From Mobula hypostoma (Eukaryota), in contig NC_086108.1 in NCBI RefSeq assembly GCF_963921235.1, forward strand, positions 116,376,001 to 116,440,000: a stretch of DNA of 64,000 nucleotides. The letters run 5' to 3'. Made by a program: the position numbers and the translations under genes. Positions 36,330-48,844 of the stretch are shown one piece after another. The notes beneath the pieces are model-generated. The model saw only the letters and a list, made by a program, of their open reading frames with translations. It had not been told where the DNA came from and did not search any database. Numbering within the stretch: position 1 is the stretch's first letter; the number at the start of each line of letters is the position of its first letter.

Positions 36330-37729
36330 GCGGCCTCTGCCGGGGGAGGTGGAGAGTGCGCCGAGGATTCCAGTGTTGACCGTGTCGCCGTTCAGCACGC
36401 TCCTCCCTCACTGTCCAGCCCCACACACCTCTCCCCCACCCCCGGGAACCTCGTACCCTTGAGTGTAGCCAGACACATCCCAGGCGCTGGAGACCAGAAT
36501 CGGGAAGAGTGTGCTCCTTCCCCGGTTCCCGGGGGGGGCACGCAACGGCTGGAATAGGTTCTGCAGCCTTCGGGTACCCACCCCACATCCGCACCCAAAC
36601 CTCGGAACATGAGGAGGAGCAGACCTCGGAACCCCATTCGGAAAGAGGGTTCTTCCACCTCTTACGCACCCGGTATAGGAACTCTGGCGGACATAGCAAG
36701 ATCCCACGACCTGCCACGTGGAACGGCCTGGACATTTTTTGTTAGCGGAGAATGAATATTGGCCTTAAAACCGCTGGGAGATCATCTCATTGGAACATAA
36801 GCTGCAGATGCTGGAAATCTGAAATAAAAACAGACAAAACGCTGGAAAAACTCAGCAGGTTGAGCAGCGTCTGTGGTGGGAGAAAACTGACGTTTCGCTC
36901 CAATGCTCTTCCGTCAGGACCTTGCAGTGAGCTGAACCTCGTCCCCGGTGAAGGCCAGACTCTTCGCCCTACACGAGGTAGAGACTCAGCATAGAATGCT
37001 CCCTCACTCTCTGTCACTCAATGCTTTGGTCTCCAACGTTCCTTCTGTCTCTCAAACCACACTCCCTCCCCAACCATCTCTATCACCACGCAGGGGAAGA
37101 GGCAGGCAGCTCCTGCGATACACCCGGACTGAAGGAGTGATTTGCGGCGGGTCCTTGCAGCGTCTTCCGATCAGAACTTTGAGTGAGCGCAGTTGGGTAA
37201 CTCTGATCTCCGGGTAACCGCTGCCACACCCCTCCCGCCCGTCTGGGACTGACACAGGGCAGCAACCGAAAAGTCGGCCCTATTGTGATGGACTTGCTTC
37301 TTGCGACAGCTCTCGAGATGGTCCATGCTACGGCTTGTGCCCGTGGATTTGCGTGGATATCCCGGCCACAGGAGGAGGCTCACTGCTGGTCTGGACTGAC
37401 TTGTCCCCGCACAGTTTTCCGGGTGCGGGAATTTGCTGCAGAACTGACGAGATTCCGGCCCGGGACAGGATCCCGGGACGCAGGAACCGCTGGGTATTAT
37501 TTCCAGTGCTCCCAGTCCCCAGGCTGAACGAGCTTCTTCAGTATTTCTCCGTAAAAGATGAGACACTAGTTGAACACTGGCGCTGTCGGGGTAGCACTCG
37601 CCCACCACTACTCTCTGAGCAGTGCGGCCGCCGACAGCGCGGTGCTCCCTCAGAATTGTACTTTCCAAACGCGGCCATCCCTCAGTACTGCCATTCCATT
37701 GTGACCCACTCTTAGTACCGACTCTTACC

Positions 37730-38680
37730 GACAGTGTGACCCTCCCTCAGTACCACCTCTCCCACAGTGTGATCCTCCCTCAGTACCACCCCTCCCACAG
37801 TGTGACCCTCCCTCAGTACTACCCCTCCCACAGTGTGACTCTCCCTCAGTACCACCCCTCACACAGTGTGACTCTCCCTCAGTACCACCCCTCACACAGT
37901 GTGACCCTCCCTCAGTAACCCCCCCACCGTGTGACCCTCCCTCAGTACCACCCCTCCCACAGTGTGACCCTCCCTCAGTACCACCCCTCCCACAGTGTGA
38001 CCCTCTCAGTACCACCCTCCCACAGTGTGACCCTCCCTCAGTACCACCCCTCCCATAGTGTGACTCTCCTTCAGTACCACCCCTCCCACAGTGTGACTCT
38101 CCCTCTGTACCACCCTTCCCACAGTGTGACCCTCCTTCAGCACCACCCCTCCCACAGTGTGACCCTCCCTCAGTACCACCCCTCCCACAGTGTGACCCGT
38201 CCTCAGTACCGCCCCTCCCACAGTGTGACCCTCCCTCAGTACCACCCCTTCCACAGTGTGACCCACCCTCAGTACCACCCCTCCCACAGGGTGACCCTCC
38301 CTCAGTACCACCCCCCCCCCACAGTGTGACCCTCCCTCAGTACCACCCCTCCCACAGCGTGACCCTCCCTCAGTACCACCCCTCCCTCAGCGTGACCCTC
38401 CCTCAGTACCACCCCTTCCACAGTGTGACCCTCCCTCAGTACCACCCCTCCCACAGCGTGACCCTCCCTCAGTACCACCCCCCCCCACAGTGTGACCCTC
38501 CCTCAGTACCACCCCTCCCACAGTGTGACCCTCCCTCAGTACCACCCCTCCCACAGCGTGACCCTCCCTCAGTACCACCCCCCCCACAGTGTGACCCTCC
38601 CTCAGTACCACCCCTCCCACAGTGTGACCCTCCCTCAGTACCACATTCCCCACCCCCCCCCCACACTCACACAGTGTGAA
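37730..38680 (+). repeat. 33-bp C-rich minisatellite (CACAGTGTGACCCTCCCTCAGTACCACCCCTCC), probably in the netrin-G 3' UTR
   Basis: About 28 tandem units; periodic SHSVTLPQYHP translations. Confidence 0.95.
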
Positions 38681-38940
38681 CCTCCCACAGAGTCACCGTC
38701 TTTCAGTCCCTCAGCGAAGTGCTCCGTCAGTACTATGCCACTGGCAGGAATGCATGTTCTCAGTACTGGAAGAGTTAGCGGGGATCTTCGGTCACAGGGA
38801 AGGGTTCGCCCACCGGCCCCCCAACACTGCTCACTTGCCCCGGAGTTGATGGCTGGAATCTTTTCCAGGAGAAATTGGACCAGACTTTATTGCCCGAGTT
38901 CGGGTCCCATGGCGACCGCTGAAAATTAAAAATTCTAATA

Positions 38941-38950
38941 ATTAAATAAA
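38941..38950 (+). terminator. Candidate polyadenylation signal(s) (ATTAAA/AATAAA) for the netrin-G transcript
   Basis: Overlapping ATTAAATAAA in an AT-rich island 2.6 kb after the stop codon; the first non-repeat AATAAA I found downstream of it. Confidence 0.45.
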
Positions 38951-41066
38951 CGTGGAATTCAAAACAAAAGATTCTAGCAGCCTCGCTGGTGATGAAAGGA
39001 TGTTGTCTAAATGGATCTTGTTCAGGTCTTTGACAAGATCCTACACTGGAGAATGTTTCGAAATATCAGTGCCCCTGGGATGCAGGCAAGTCGGAAAATT
39101 GGATCCAAAGTTGGCTTTGTGTGGCAAAGGCTGACGGAGGGGTGGGTTATGATTGGAAGCCTTTGACCTGCAGTGCGTCGGAAGAATCGGTGTGGAAACT
39201 CTTACTTTGTGTTTTCTGCTTTGATAATTTAGGTATAAATGTCGAAGTAATGGTTAGTCACTCTACCGATGACAACACCGAAGATGGGTGATGTTGATAG
39301 TGAGTCTGTAGTTGTAGATTACAGGCCGACATTGATAAGATGGATGGAACACAGGCAAGTGGAATTTAATCCCGAAAAGTGTAGGCTGATACATTTCGAT
39401 ACACAGTTGTAGAGCACACGGGGTGAATGGTAGGGCCTTGGGGAGTAGCGAGGAACAGAAGGACCTTAATGTACAAATACAAGGATCTCTGAAGGTGACA
39501 TTATAGATTAAATGCGTTCAACATTCCATTAACCCTCTGCGTAAAAATAAGTCGCTTTTTAAAATCTATGCCCACTGGTTTGGACCTTTGTGTTTCTGCC
39601 TATCCACCCTATCGTATTATTTTGTACGGCTCAGTCACGTTCCCCATTCTGCTGCGAGAAAACTAAACCCAACCTATGCCCCTTTCCCCTGGGAACCGAA
39701 CCTTCCCATCCTGGTGGATCTCTGCACCTACCCCGCTGCAATCAATTCCTTTCTACTGCGTGGTGACCAGAGCTATACACACTTCGCCAGTTTTACAAAG
39801 CGATACAACGTAGGACAGGACATCACAGGAAGGGACCCTCCGGCCCACGTTGTTGTGTCGAACTAAAGTTGGATCAAGATCGCCGTCGCCCTTATCTCCG
39901 ATTGTTAAAGGCAAACGTTCAGCATCTTTTTCACTGCCCGATCTATCAACGATGCGACCATCGTGAGCCGGAAGGCCTCTTCCGAAAAGCCGCACTGTTC
40001 TTAAAGAGGTGTTCACCGAAGCTCCTGAAGAGCCGCTCGGAGCTTCCCCATTGTCTCCCGCGCTCCGCGCTCTGGTCTATGTGTGCGGTTAACCTCTTCA
40101 ATTCGCCCACATTTGCGAGAGATGCCGCGTAGTGCTCGTTTGAACGACCCCGTGTACTGGGCGGGACGACCCTCACTCCTCTCCGCTGCCCAAAAATCCC
40201 TTCCCAACTTGTCCGAAGAGTCGGTGCCAAATATTTCTTCATTTTTCCTTTATCACCGTTTCTGCTGATTAAATGTTGAAATATCTCTGAGCGGTCCAGT
40301 GTCTGCACAGCGCTCTTTAATCTCAATCTCAGTCCGCGCTCACTGAACACGTCAGCGACACATTTATGGGCTGCTTAGTGTATCACTGTACAAACCGAAT
40401 CTCACGTCCCGGTTCAATTTCTCAATCGTGGACTCCACGTACTACGGAGAACGGCGCCCCTGTTTTCGTCCAAGTGTCGGCTCAGTGCTTGGGAGAGCTC
40501 TGCTGAAACAGGTTACTGGATGATCAATGTGCTCTGGACAGCACAATCCTTTCAGCCTGTTCAGTCCAGCCGCTTCGCCATTCCGCACCAGTTCACCCTC
40601 CTCACCCACATTTCTATCAACTCGCCCCACACCCACATTCTGTCTCGTTACTCACACACTAGAGACTATTACTGCGGCCGATTAACCCGGCGACCCGGAC
40701 ATCTTTGAGATGTGGGAGGAAACCGCAGCATCTTGGTCAACCCATGGGGTCACGAGAATTTACAAACTCCACCAGACTGCGCGGGTCGGGATCTAATGAA
40801 GCTCTCAATCTCATTCTGACATTTGGTAGTACAGCGACGAAGCTGCTACCTCAAGGCTCCCGGGTCCAGTCCTGACCTCTCACAGTCTGGCGCTCCCTCA
40901 GTATTGATCCTCCTATACTGTGGCGTTCCCTCAATGCCAGTTCTACTGTGACACATCCTTAGTAACGCCTTAACCCACAATACTGCACTCTCACAAAACC
41001 GGCCGTCCCAGGGTACGGCAATCTCCAACTACTGCCCCTGCGGCCGGGTTGAAATACCCAGGTCAG

Positions 41067-42739
41067 AATTCTTCTGCTTCTGCTTGGTACTGCGCAAGCA
41101 CTGCCGGACGGCTGTTATAACTCTCAGTCGGTGTGAACGGCGTGCGAGTTAAATTGTAAAATAAGCTTTTTTGATTAGATTCCGTAAATCGATTTGATTG
41201 AGTCTATCTTTAAAAATATTAATGCCAGAAATACTATGCAGGTCCGGCGGCAGAAGATTCCACTCTCTTGTTGATATTGGGTAGAGGGAATACTGGTAGC
41301 AAATCTTATTGAATGAAGGCATTTAGTAAGGTATTTGAAAAGGTTCCACACGGTAGGCTTATTCAGAAAGTCAGAAGGCATGGGATCCAGGGAAGTTTGG
41401 CCAGGTGGATTCAGAATTGGTTCGCCTGCAGAAGGCAGAGGGTGATGGTGGAGGGAGTACATTCAGATTGGAGGGTTGTGACTAGTGGTGTCCCATAAGG
41501 ATCGGTTCTGGGACCTCTACTTTTCGTGATTTTTATTAACGACCTGTATGTCGGGGTAGAAGGGTAGGTTGGCAAGTTTGCAGACGACTCAAAGGTTGGT
41601 GGTGTTGTAGATAGTGTAGAGGATTGTCGAAGATTGCAGAGAAACATTGATAGGATGCAGAAGTGGGCTGAGAAGTGGCAGATGGAGTTCAACCCGGAGA
41701 AGTGTGAGGTGGTACACTTTGGAAGGAGAAACTCCAAGGCAGAGTACAAAGTAAATGGCAGGATACTTGGTAGTGTGGAGGAGCAGAGGGATCTGGAGGT
41801 ACATGTCCACAGATCCCTGAAAGTTGCCTCACAGGTGGATAGGGTAGTTAAGAAAGCTTATGGGGTGTTAGCTTTCATAAGTCGAGGGATAGAGTTTAAG
41901 AGTCGCAATGTAATGATGCAGCTCTATAAAACTCTGGTTTGGCCACACTTGGAGTACTGTGTCCATTTCTGGTCGCCTCACTATAGGAAGGATGTGGAAG
42001 CATTGGAAAGGGTTCAGAGGAGATTTACCAGGATGCTGCCTGGTTTAGAAAGTATGCATTATGATCAGAGATTAAGGGAGCTAGGGCTTTACTCTTTGGA
42101 GAGAAGGAAGATGAAAGGAGACATGATAGAGGTGTACAAGATAATAAGAGGAATAGATAGAGTGGATAGCCAGCGCCTCTTTCCCAGGGCACCACTGCTC
42201 AATACAAGAGGACATGGCTTTAAGGTGAGGGGTGGTAAGTTCAAGGCACATATTAGAGCAAGGTTTTTACTCAGAGAGTGGTTGGTGCGTGGAATGCTCT
42301 GCCTGAGTCAGTGGTGGAGGCAGATACACTGGTGAAATTTAAGAGACTACTGGACAGGTATATGGAGGAATTTAAGGTGGGCGGGGGGCTATATGGGAGG
42401 CAGGGTTTAAGGGTCGGCACAAAATTGTGGGCCGGAGGACCTGTACTGTGCTGTACTATTCTGTGTTCTATGTTCTATGAAGGGGTTTCCAATATGTGAG
42501 ATCCAGTTTGCTGTCGAGTTGAACTGACCCTGTGACGAATTTGGATGTTTGATGGAGTGATGATGTGAACTTCTTTGAAAATGAAAATTAACCGTAGTTT
42601 AATACGTCGGGTTTCAAGTGGCTCCCATTGAAGGTTAGAGAGCATGTTGTTGACACTGGATTTCCTATTGTAACCGTTTAACATAAAGCGAGCAGCACGG
42701 CGTTGGATTTTGTCGATAATGCAACGCAATGTTTCCTTG
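41067..42739 (-). mobile_element. 5'-truncated CR1/L2-superfamily LINE of invertebrate-like type, split by a younger CR1
   Basis: Rejoined ORF: IIDKIQRRAARFMLNGYNRKSSVNNMLSNLQWEPLETRR...ETPS|FNKICYQYSLYPISTREWNLLP...KKAYFTI* (stop 41149-41151). It has a (GCAGAA)n-like 3' tail and a possible TSD AGGTCAG at 41060-41066 and 42740-42746. Confidence 0.8.
41320..42476 (+). mobile_element. Young 5'-truncated CR1 LINE with 7-bp TSD (ATGAAGG)
   Basis: RT motifs VPxGSVLGP, KFADDSK, LYKTLV.PHLEYC; TATTCTGTGTTCTATGTTCT tail. TSD at 41313-41319 and 42477-42483. Near-identical to 58390-59535. Confidence 0.93.
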
Positions 42740-43019
42740 AGGTCAGTGAACGGAATCTGTGATCCGACCCCCGAGGAAAAGGGAGCCCGTGCAACTTCTG
42801 TCCTGCTCACAGTGCACTGGCCCTCCCCAGCTTCGACACCAGCTCGGGGCTCTTCTCCTCTTCCCCCCTTCTAGTCACCTCATCGGATATCACTGGCAAC
42901 TGGGAAACAAGTCTGTCTTCGTTGACGGCTCTAACCAGCCGGAATCTTGGCAGATAATTGGTGGGTGGAGTTTAATCCGGATCAATGAGAGGTGTTACTC
43001 TGAGAGATCGAACACATTT

Positions 43020-43670
43020 GTACAGGGTGGTAAAGGTATATTTGCTTTCGTAGCTCGGGCTATAAAAGTAAAGACGTCAATTGCAGTTGTATAAACTTTG
43101 CGTCAGGCCACATCTGGACTACTGCGTACAGTTCTGGCCGCCCCATTACAAGAAGGATGTCGGGGCTTTGGCGAGAGTACAGAAGAGGTTCCCCAGGATG
43201 CTGCCTGGATTAGAGAAATTTGGGATGTTTTCTCCTGAGCGTCAAGACTGGGAGGTCACCTGATAGAGGTTTATAACGTTATTATATAGAATAACGCCCA
43301 TATAGAGTAGGGAGTCAGGTGGAAATTTAATATGTTGTTTCACATTACACTACGGAGCAAGTTACCTACCAAAGGGTGGAATGCTTTGCCGGGGAAGTGG
43401 TGGAAGCAAATAAGATAGCGTCGTTTAACAGGGAATGGGAGAAAATGGATCACACACAGACAGATGTGCCGCGGTAGTGGCGTTTAACGGGGATTGGGAA
43501 GAATTGGACCAGACGCAGACAGGTGTGCTGTGAGAGCAGTGTTTAACAGGCACATGAGCAGAGAATGGGAGTATGTAGACCAAGCGAAGACAAATACGCC
43601 GTTTAAATTGGCCTGATGGATAGGGCAAAGACGGTGGCTGAAGGACCAGTTCCCGCGCTGTATGTTCCAA
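43020..43670 (+). mobile_element. Decayed CR1 3' fragments
   Basis: QLYKLCVRPHLDYCVQFWPPHYKKDV... Confidence 0.7.
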
Positions 43671-43696
43671 TCTTCAAGTGAAGACTTCAGTGAGGG

Positions 43697-44742
43697 ATAG
43701 AAACATAGAAAATAGGTGCAGGAGTAGGCCATTCGGCCCTTCGAGCCTGCACCGCCATTCAGTATGATCGTGGCTGATCATCCAACTCAGAACCCTGTAC
43801 CTGCCTTCCCTCCATACCCGCGATCCCTTTAGCCACAAGGGTCATATCTAACTCCCTCTTAAATATAGCCAATGAACTGGCCTCAACTGTTTCCTGTGGC
43901 AGAGAATTCCACAGATTCACCACTCTCTGTGTGAAGAAGTTTTTCCTAATCTCGGTCCTAAAAGGCTCCCCCTTTATCCTTAAACTGTGACCCCACGTTC
44001 TGGACTTCCCCAACATCGGGAACAATCTTCCTGCATCTAGCCTGTCCAATCCCTTTACGATTTTATACGTTTCAATAAGATCCCCCCTCAATCTTCTAAA
44101 TTCCAACGAGTATAAGCCTAGTCGATCCAGTCTTTCTTCATATGAAAGTCCTGCCATCCCAGGAATCAATCTGGTGAACCTTCTTTGTACTCCCTCTGTG
44201 GCAAGGATGTCTTTCGTCAGATTAGGGGACCAAAACTGCACATAATACTCCAGGTGTGGTCCCACCAAGGCCTTGTACAACTGCAGTAGTACCTCCCTGC
44301 TCCTGTACATGAATCCTCTTGCTATGAATGCCAGCATACCATTCGCCGTTTTCACCACCTGCTGTACCTGCATGCCCACTTTCAATGACTGGTGTACAAT
44401 GACACCCAGGTCTCGTTGCACCTCCCCTTTTCCTAATCAGCCACCATTCAGATAATAATCTGTTTTCCTGTTCTTGCCACCAAAGTGGATAACGTCACAT
44501 TTATCCACATTAAATTGCATCTGCCATGAATTTGCCCACTCACCTAACCTGTCCAAGTCACCCTGCATCCTCTTAGCATCCTCCTCACAGCTAACACTGC
44601 CGCCCAGCTTCGTGTCATCCGCAAACTTGGAGATGCTGCATTTAATTCCCTCATCTAAATCATTAATATATATTGTAAACAACTGGGGTCCCAGCACTGA
44701 GCCTTGCGGTACCCCACTAGTCACTGCCTGCCATTCTGAAAA
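43697..44742 (-). mobile_element. Young 5'-truncated CR1 LINE (RT domain 5 to C-terminus)
   Basis: ORFs 44437-44724 (GVPQGSVLGP, KFADDTK) and 43759-44421; TAGAAACATAGAAA tail. Confidence 0.93.
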
Positions 44743-44919
44743 TGGATGTGTGGAGGTTTACAGAGAGTCTGCAGTCTGCCGAGAGCAGTGAGTCGGAGGA
44801 GCGGGAACTCGGAAATATCAGTGTCGTATACATGAGGCGAGGAGTCGCCTGTTTCTGGGCCGGGTCACAACCTGGGGTCCGCAGACTGGATGAACCGCTA
44901 CTCAGACCCTACAGTCTAA

Positions 44920-45295
44920 AGTAACACACACAAAATGCTGGAGGAACTCAAGCAGATCAGGCAACATCTATGGAAATGATTTAACAGTGGACGCTTTGGG
45001 CCAAGACCCTTCATCAGAACTAGAAAGGAAGGGGAGAAAAAGAATAAGAAGGTGGGGGAGGGACAGGAGATCAAGCTGGAAGGTGATAGGTGAGGCCGGG
45101 TGGGTGGGGAAAGGCGTATGAAATAAGAAGCTGGAAGGTGATAGGCGGAACAGGTAAAGGAGTGGAGAAGGAGTCTGATAGGAGAAGACAGTGGAGCATG
45201 TGAGCAAGGGAAGGAGGTGGGACAGTCAGGTTTTAGGCAGGTGATGAGAAGAGAAGGGATGCAAGGGAAACCGGAATGAGGGAGGGGGAGGGGGC
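44920..45295 (-). mobile_element. Penelope-like element remnant (pLTR with decayed hammerhead core)
   Basis: ACACAAAATGCTGGAGGAACTC...GGGCCAAGACCCTTCATCAG followed by a purine-rich body. Related short copies lie at ~32830-32980, ~36800-36920 and ~55245-55372. Confidence 0.65.
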
Positions 45296-45749
45296 TATTT
45301 GCAGCCTCCCTGCAAACTAAACCACCTTTAGAGACATTCACTATCAACGTCACATGGCATGGGCATGTCAATACAAGAGACGTGCTATCACTGAGAAGCT
45401 GCTGCGATAAGTCGTGTCTGGAACCCTGTGAACCCGACATCGGCCCCGCCATCATTGCGGCTTCAGAGTGGGAAAGGCGGATTGGTGGGACTGGTTGAAA
45501 TGGACACTGATTTCGGGTAGACACCCGATCACATCTCTCGGAAATGCCCGTGAGCCCACACAGTGAACACAGTCTCTGTAGGCCAGGGAGACGGGAACGT
45601 CCCAAACTCCATGGAAGGGTCACTGTTCATAGTGAGGAACAGGAGATCAGCCTCTGAGTGTCAATCTGTCACCTCCGTGTTCAGATCTCTGCACCCCTCA
45701 TCCTTCCCCGACCCAGAAGCCCTCACACCGAACCCCACACTTCCCAGAC

Positions 45750-47572
45750 CCATAGAAACCATAGAAAAACTACAGCACAGAAACAGGCCTTTTGGCCCTT
45801 CTTGGCTGTGCCGAACCATTTTCTGCCTAGTCCCACTCACCTGCACACGGACCATATCCCTCCATACACCTCCCAACCATGTATCTGTCTAATTTATTCT
45901 TAAATGTTAAAAAAGAACCCGTATTTACCACCTCGTCTGGCAGCTCATTCCATACTCCCACCACTCTCTGTGTGAAGAAGCCCCCCCAATGTTCCCTTTA
46001 AACTTTTCCTCCCTCACCCTTAACCCATGTCCTCTGGTTTTTTTCTCCCCCAGCCTCAGTGGAAAAAGCCTGCTTGCATTCATTCTGTCTATACCCATCA
46101 TAATTTTATATACCTCTATCAAATCTCCCCTCATTCTTCTACGCTCCAGGGAATAAAGTCCTAACCTATTCAACCTTTCTCTGTAACTGAGTTTCTCAAG
46201 TCCCGGCAACATAATTGTAAACCTTCTCTGCACTCTTTCACCTTATTTATATCCTTCCTGTAATTTGGTGACCAAAACTGAACACAATACTCCAGATTCG
46301 GCCTCACCAATGCCTTATACAACCTCATCATAACATTCCAGCTCTTATACTCAATACTTTGATTAATAAAGGCCGATGTACCAAAAGCTCTCTTTACGAC
46401 CCTATCTACCTGTGACGACACTTTTAGGGAATTTTGTATCTGTATTCCCAGATCGCTCTGTTCCACTGCACTCCTCAGTGCCTTACCATTAACCCTGTAT
46501 GTTCTACCTTGGTTTGTCCTTCCAACGTGCTATACCTCACGCTTGTCTGTATTAAACTCCATCTGCCATTTTCCAACCCATTTTTCCAGCTGGTCCAAGT
46601 CCCTCTGCAGGCTCTGAAAACCTTCCTCACTGTCTACCTCACTTCCAATCTTTGTATCATCAGCAAATTTGCTGATCCAATTTACCACATTATCATCCAG
46701 AACATTGATATAGATGACAAATAACAATGGACCCAGCACTGATCCCTGTGGCACACCACTAGTCACAGGCCTCCACTCAGAGAAGCAATTCTCTACTACC
46801 ATTCTTTGGCTTCTTCCATTGAGCCAATTCTAATCCAATTTACCACCTCTCCATGTATACCTAGCGACTGAATTTTCCTAATTAACCTACCATGCGGGAC
46901 CTTGTCAAAGGCCTTACTGAAGTCCATGTAGACAACATCCACTGCCTTCCCTTCATCCACTTTCCTGGTAACCTCCTCGAAAAACTCCAATAGATTGGTC
47001 AAACATGACCTACCACGCACAAAGCCATGTTGACTCTCCATAATAAGTCCCTGTCTATCCAAATGCTTGTAGATTCTGTCTCTTAGTACTCCCTCCAATA
47101 ACTTACCTACTACTGACGTTAAATTTACTGGCCTATAATTTCCCGGATTACTTTTTGATCCTTTTTTAAACAACGGAACAACATGAGCCACTCTCCAATC
47201 CTCCGGCACCTCACCTGTAGACAGCGACATTTTAAATATTTCTGTCAGGGCCCCTGCAATTTCAACACTAGCCTCCTTCAAGGTCCGAGGGAACACTCTG
47301 TCAGGTCCCGGGGATTTATCCACTTTAATTTTCCTCAAGACAGCAAGCACCTCCTCCTTTTCAATCTGTACAGTTTCCATGATCTCACTACTTGTTTCCC
47401 TTAATTCCATAGACTTCATGCCAGTTTCCTTAGTAAATACAGACGCAAAAAAACCAATTTAAGATCTCCCCCATTTCCTTTGGTTCTGCAAATTGCCGAC
47501 CACTCTGATCTTGAAGAGGACCAATTTTATCCCTTACAATCCTTTTGCTCTTAATATACTTGTAAAATCTCT
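45750..47572 (-). mobile_element. CR1 LINE ORF2, RT region with a few frameshifts
   Basis: ORFs 46796-47419 (KSPGPD, NYRPVNLTSVVGK, DFSKAFDKVPH), 46530-46802 (KFADDTK), 46170-46466 and 45925-46233; CCATAGAAACCATAGAAA tail. Confidence 0.93.
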
Positions 47573-47599
47573 TTGTACGAAGGGCTGCCAGCTGAGGGA

Positions 47600-47900
47600 C
47601 TTCTGTACCCCACTCAAAAGTCCACTGTACCCCTCACCCCTCCCTGACTCACTGTACCCCTCACCTTTCACCCCTTGCTGACCCACCGTACCCCTCACCC
47701 CTCCCTGACTCACTGTACCCCTCACCCCTCACCCCTCCCTGACCCACTGTACCCCTCACCCCTCCCAGACCCACCGTACCCCTCACCCCTCCCTGACTAA
47801 CCCCTCATCCGTCCCTGACCCAATATCCCTCATCCTTCATCCCTCCCTGACCCACTGCACCCTCACCCCTCCCTCTCCCGTCTCTGTGACACACTCCCCA
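47600..47900 (+). repeat. 27-bp C-rich minisatellite (CCCCTCACCCCTCCCTGACTCACTGTA)
   Basis: Visible tandem units. Confidence 0.8.
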
Positions 47901-48844
47901 ACCTATCCATCTGACCCCTCCACTCCTCACCCTCCCCGTCTGAACCGCTCCCCGAGCTCGGTGACCATTCATTCCTTCGAGATATTCCCCCCTCCCATTG
48001 TTCCCCTCTGTCTGACCTTCCCCCACCTCCGCGCCTCTTCTACCATTTCGACCTCCTTCTCTGCTCGGAAACTCATCACTTCACCATTGACGGCCATGCC
48101 TTCAGCCGCTTGGGCTCTGCGCTCCGGAAATTCCGCAGCCGCCAGCCCTCCCTACCCCCGTGCAGGCTTCTCTCTCTCCTCCTTGAAACCCAAGCCCGTC
48201 ACTGAGCTGCGCGGGCTCTCTGTCCTGTATTTGTCGATACAGTATAACCCTGAGGGAGGGGGTTGTGCAGCTGATGGGAGGAACGCAACCCCTGCCCGGG
48301 TCACGTTGAGAAGTCCCTCTGCTGGCAGCTCCTCGTACACTTCTGCATCAACCCCACCAGTCGAGTGGTGGGTCCTACAACACAGGGCAGGGGTCCTCAG
48401 TGTGACCACCTGCAGGAGGGGACGGACACACCTTCCACCGCTGCCATGGGTGGCCTCATCTTCGCTCGCTTGAATTGTCACTGTAAATTAGATCAGCGAT
48501 CGCCATGGCTCTTGTGTTAATATTTCCTGATCATGATAATCCAATCTCTGTCATGTCCAGTGATATATCAGTACTGGGTTCCCCTGATCCCGCACGGCCA
48601 GTGATAGATCAGTCCTGATTAAATAGAGATTAGTTGAATAATCTCCAGTTATTGCCTGCTAATTGTCTCACTGCCGACACATTAGGAGCCGCTTCGGTTG
48701 AGTTGTTTAGTCTGAATACAAATCACCAAATGTACACGGAGTGAATACTAATCTGAACCAGCCTCACCTCATCACCACACAGGACACTCCGGTACAGTCC
48801 CGACAACCCGTACCGCACCGTTATGTGAAGGCCAAGTCAACGGG

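Noticed and set aside
37622..38929. SHSVTLPQYHP repeat ORFs as coding sequence
   Set aside because: 33-bp minisatellite downstream of the netrin-G stop codon.
39946..40350. 134-aa minus-strand ORF with SSERLF (hAT-dimerisation-like) motif
   Set aside because: Only a short motif with no other transposase features, TIRs or splice support; more likely UTR or intergenic sequence.
44742..44910. Minus-strand frame containing ITIM-like LMYTTL
   Set aside because: Splice sites are weak, it is sandwiched between two TEs, and the motif is short enough to occur by chance.
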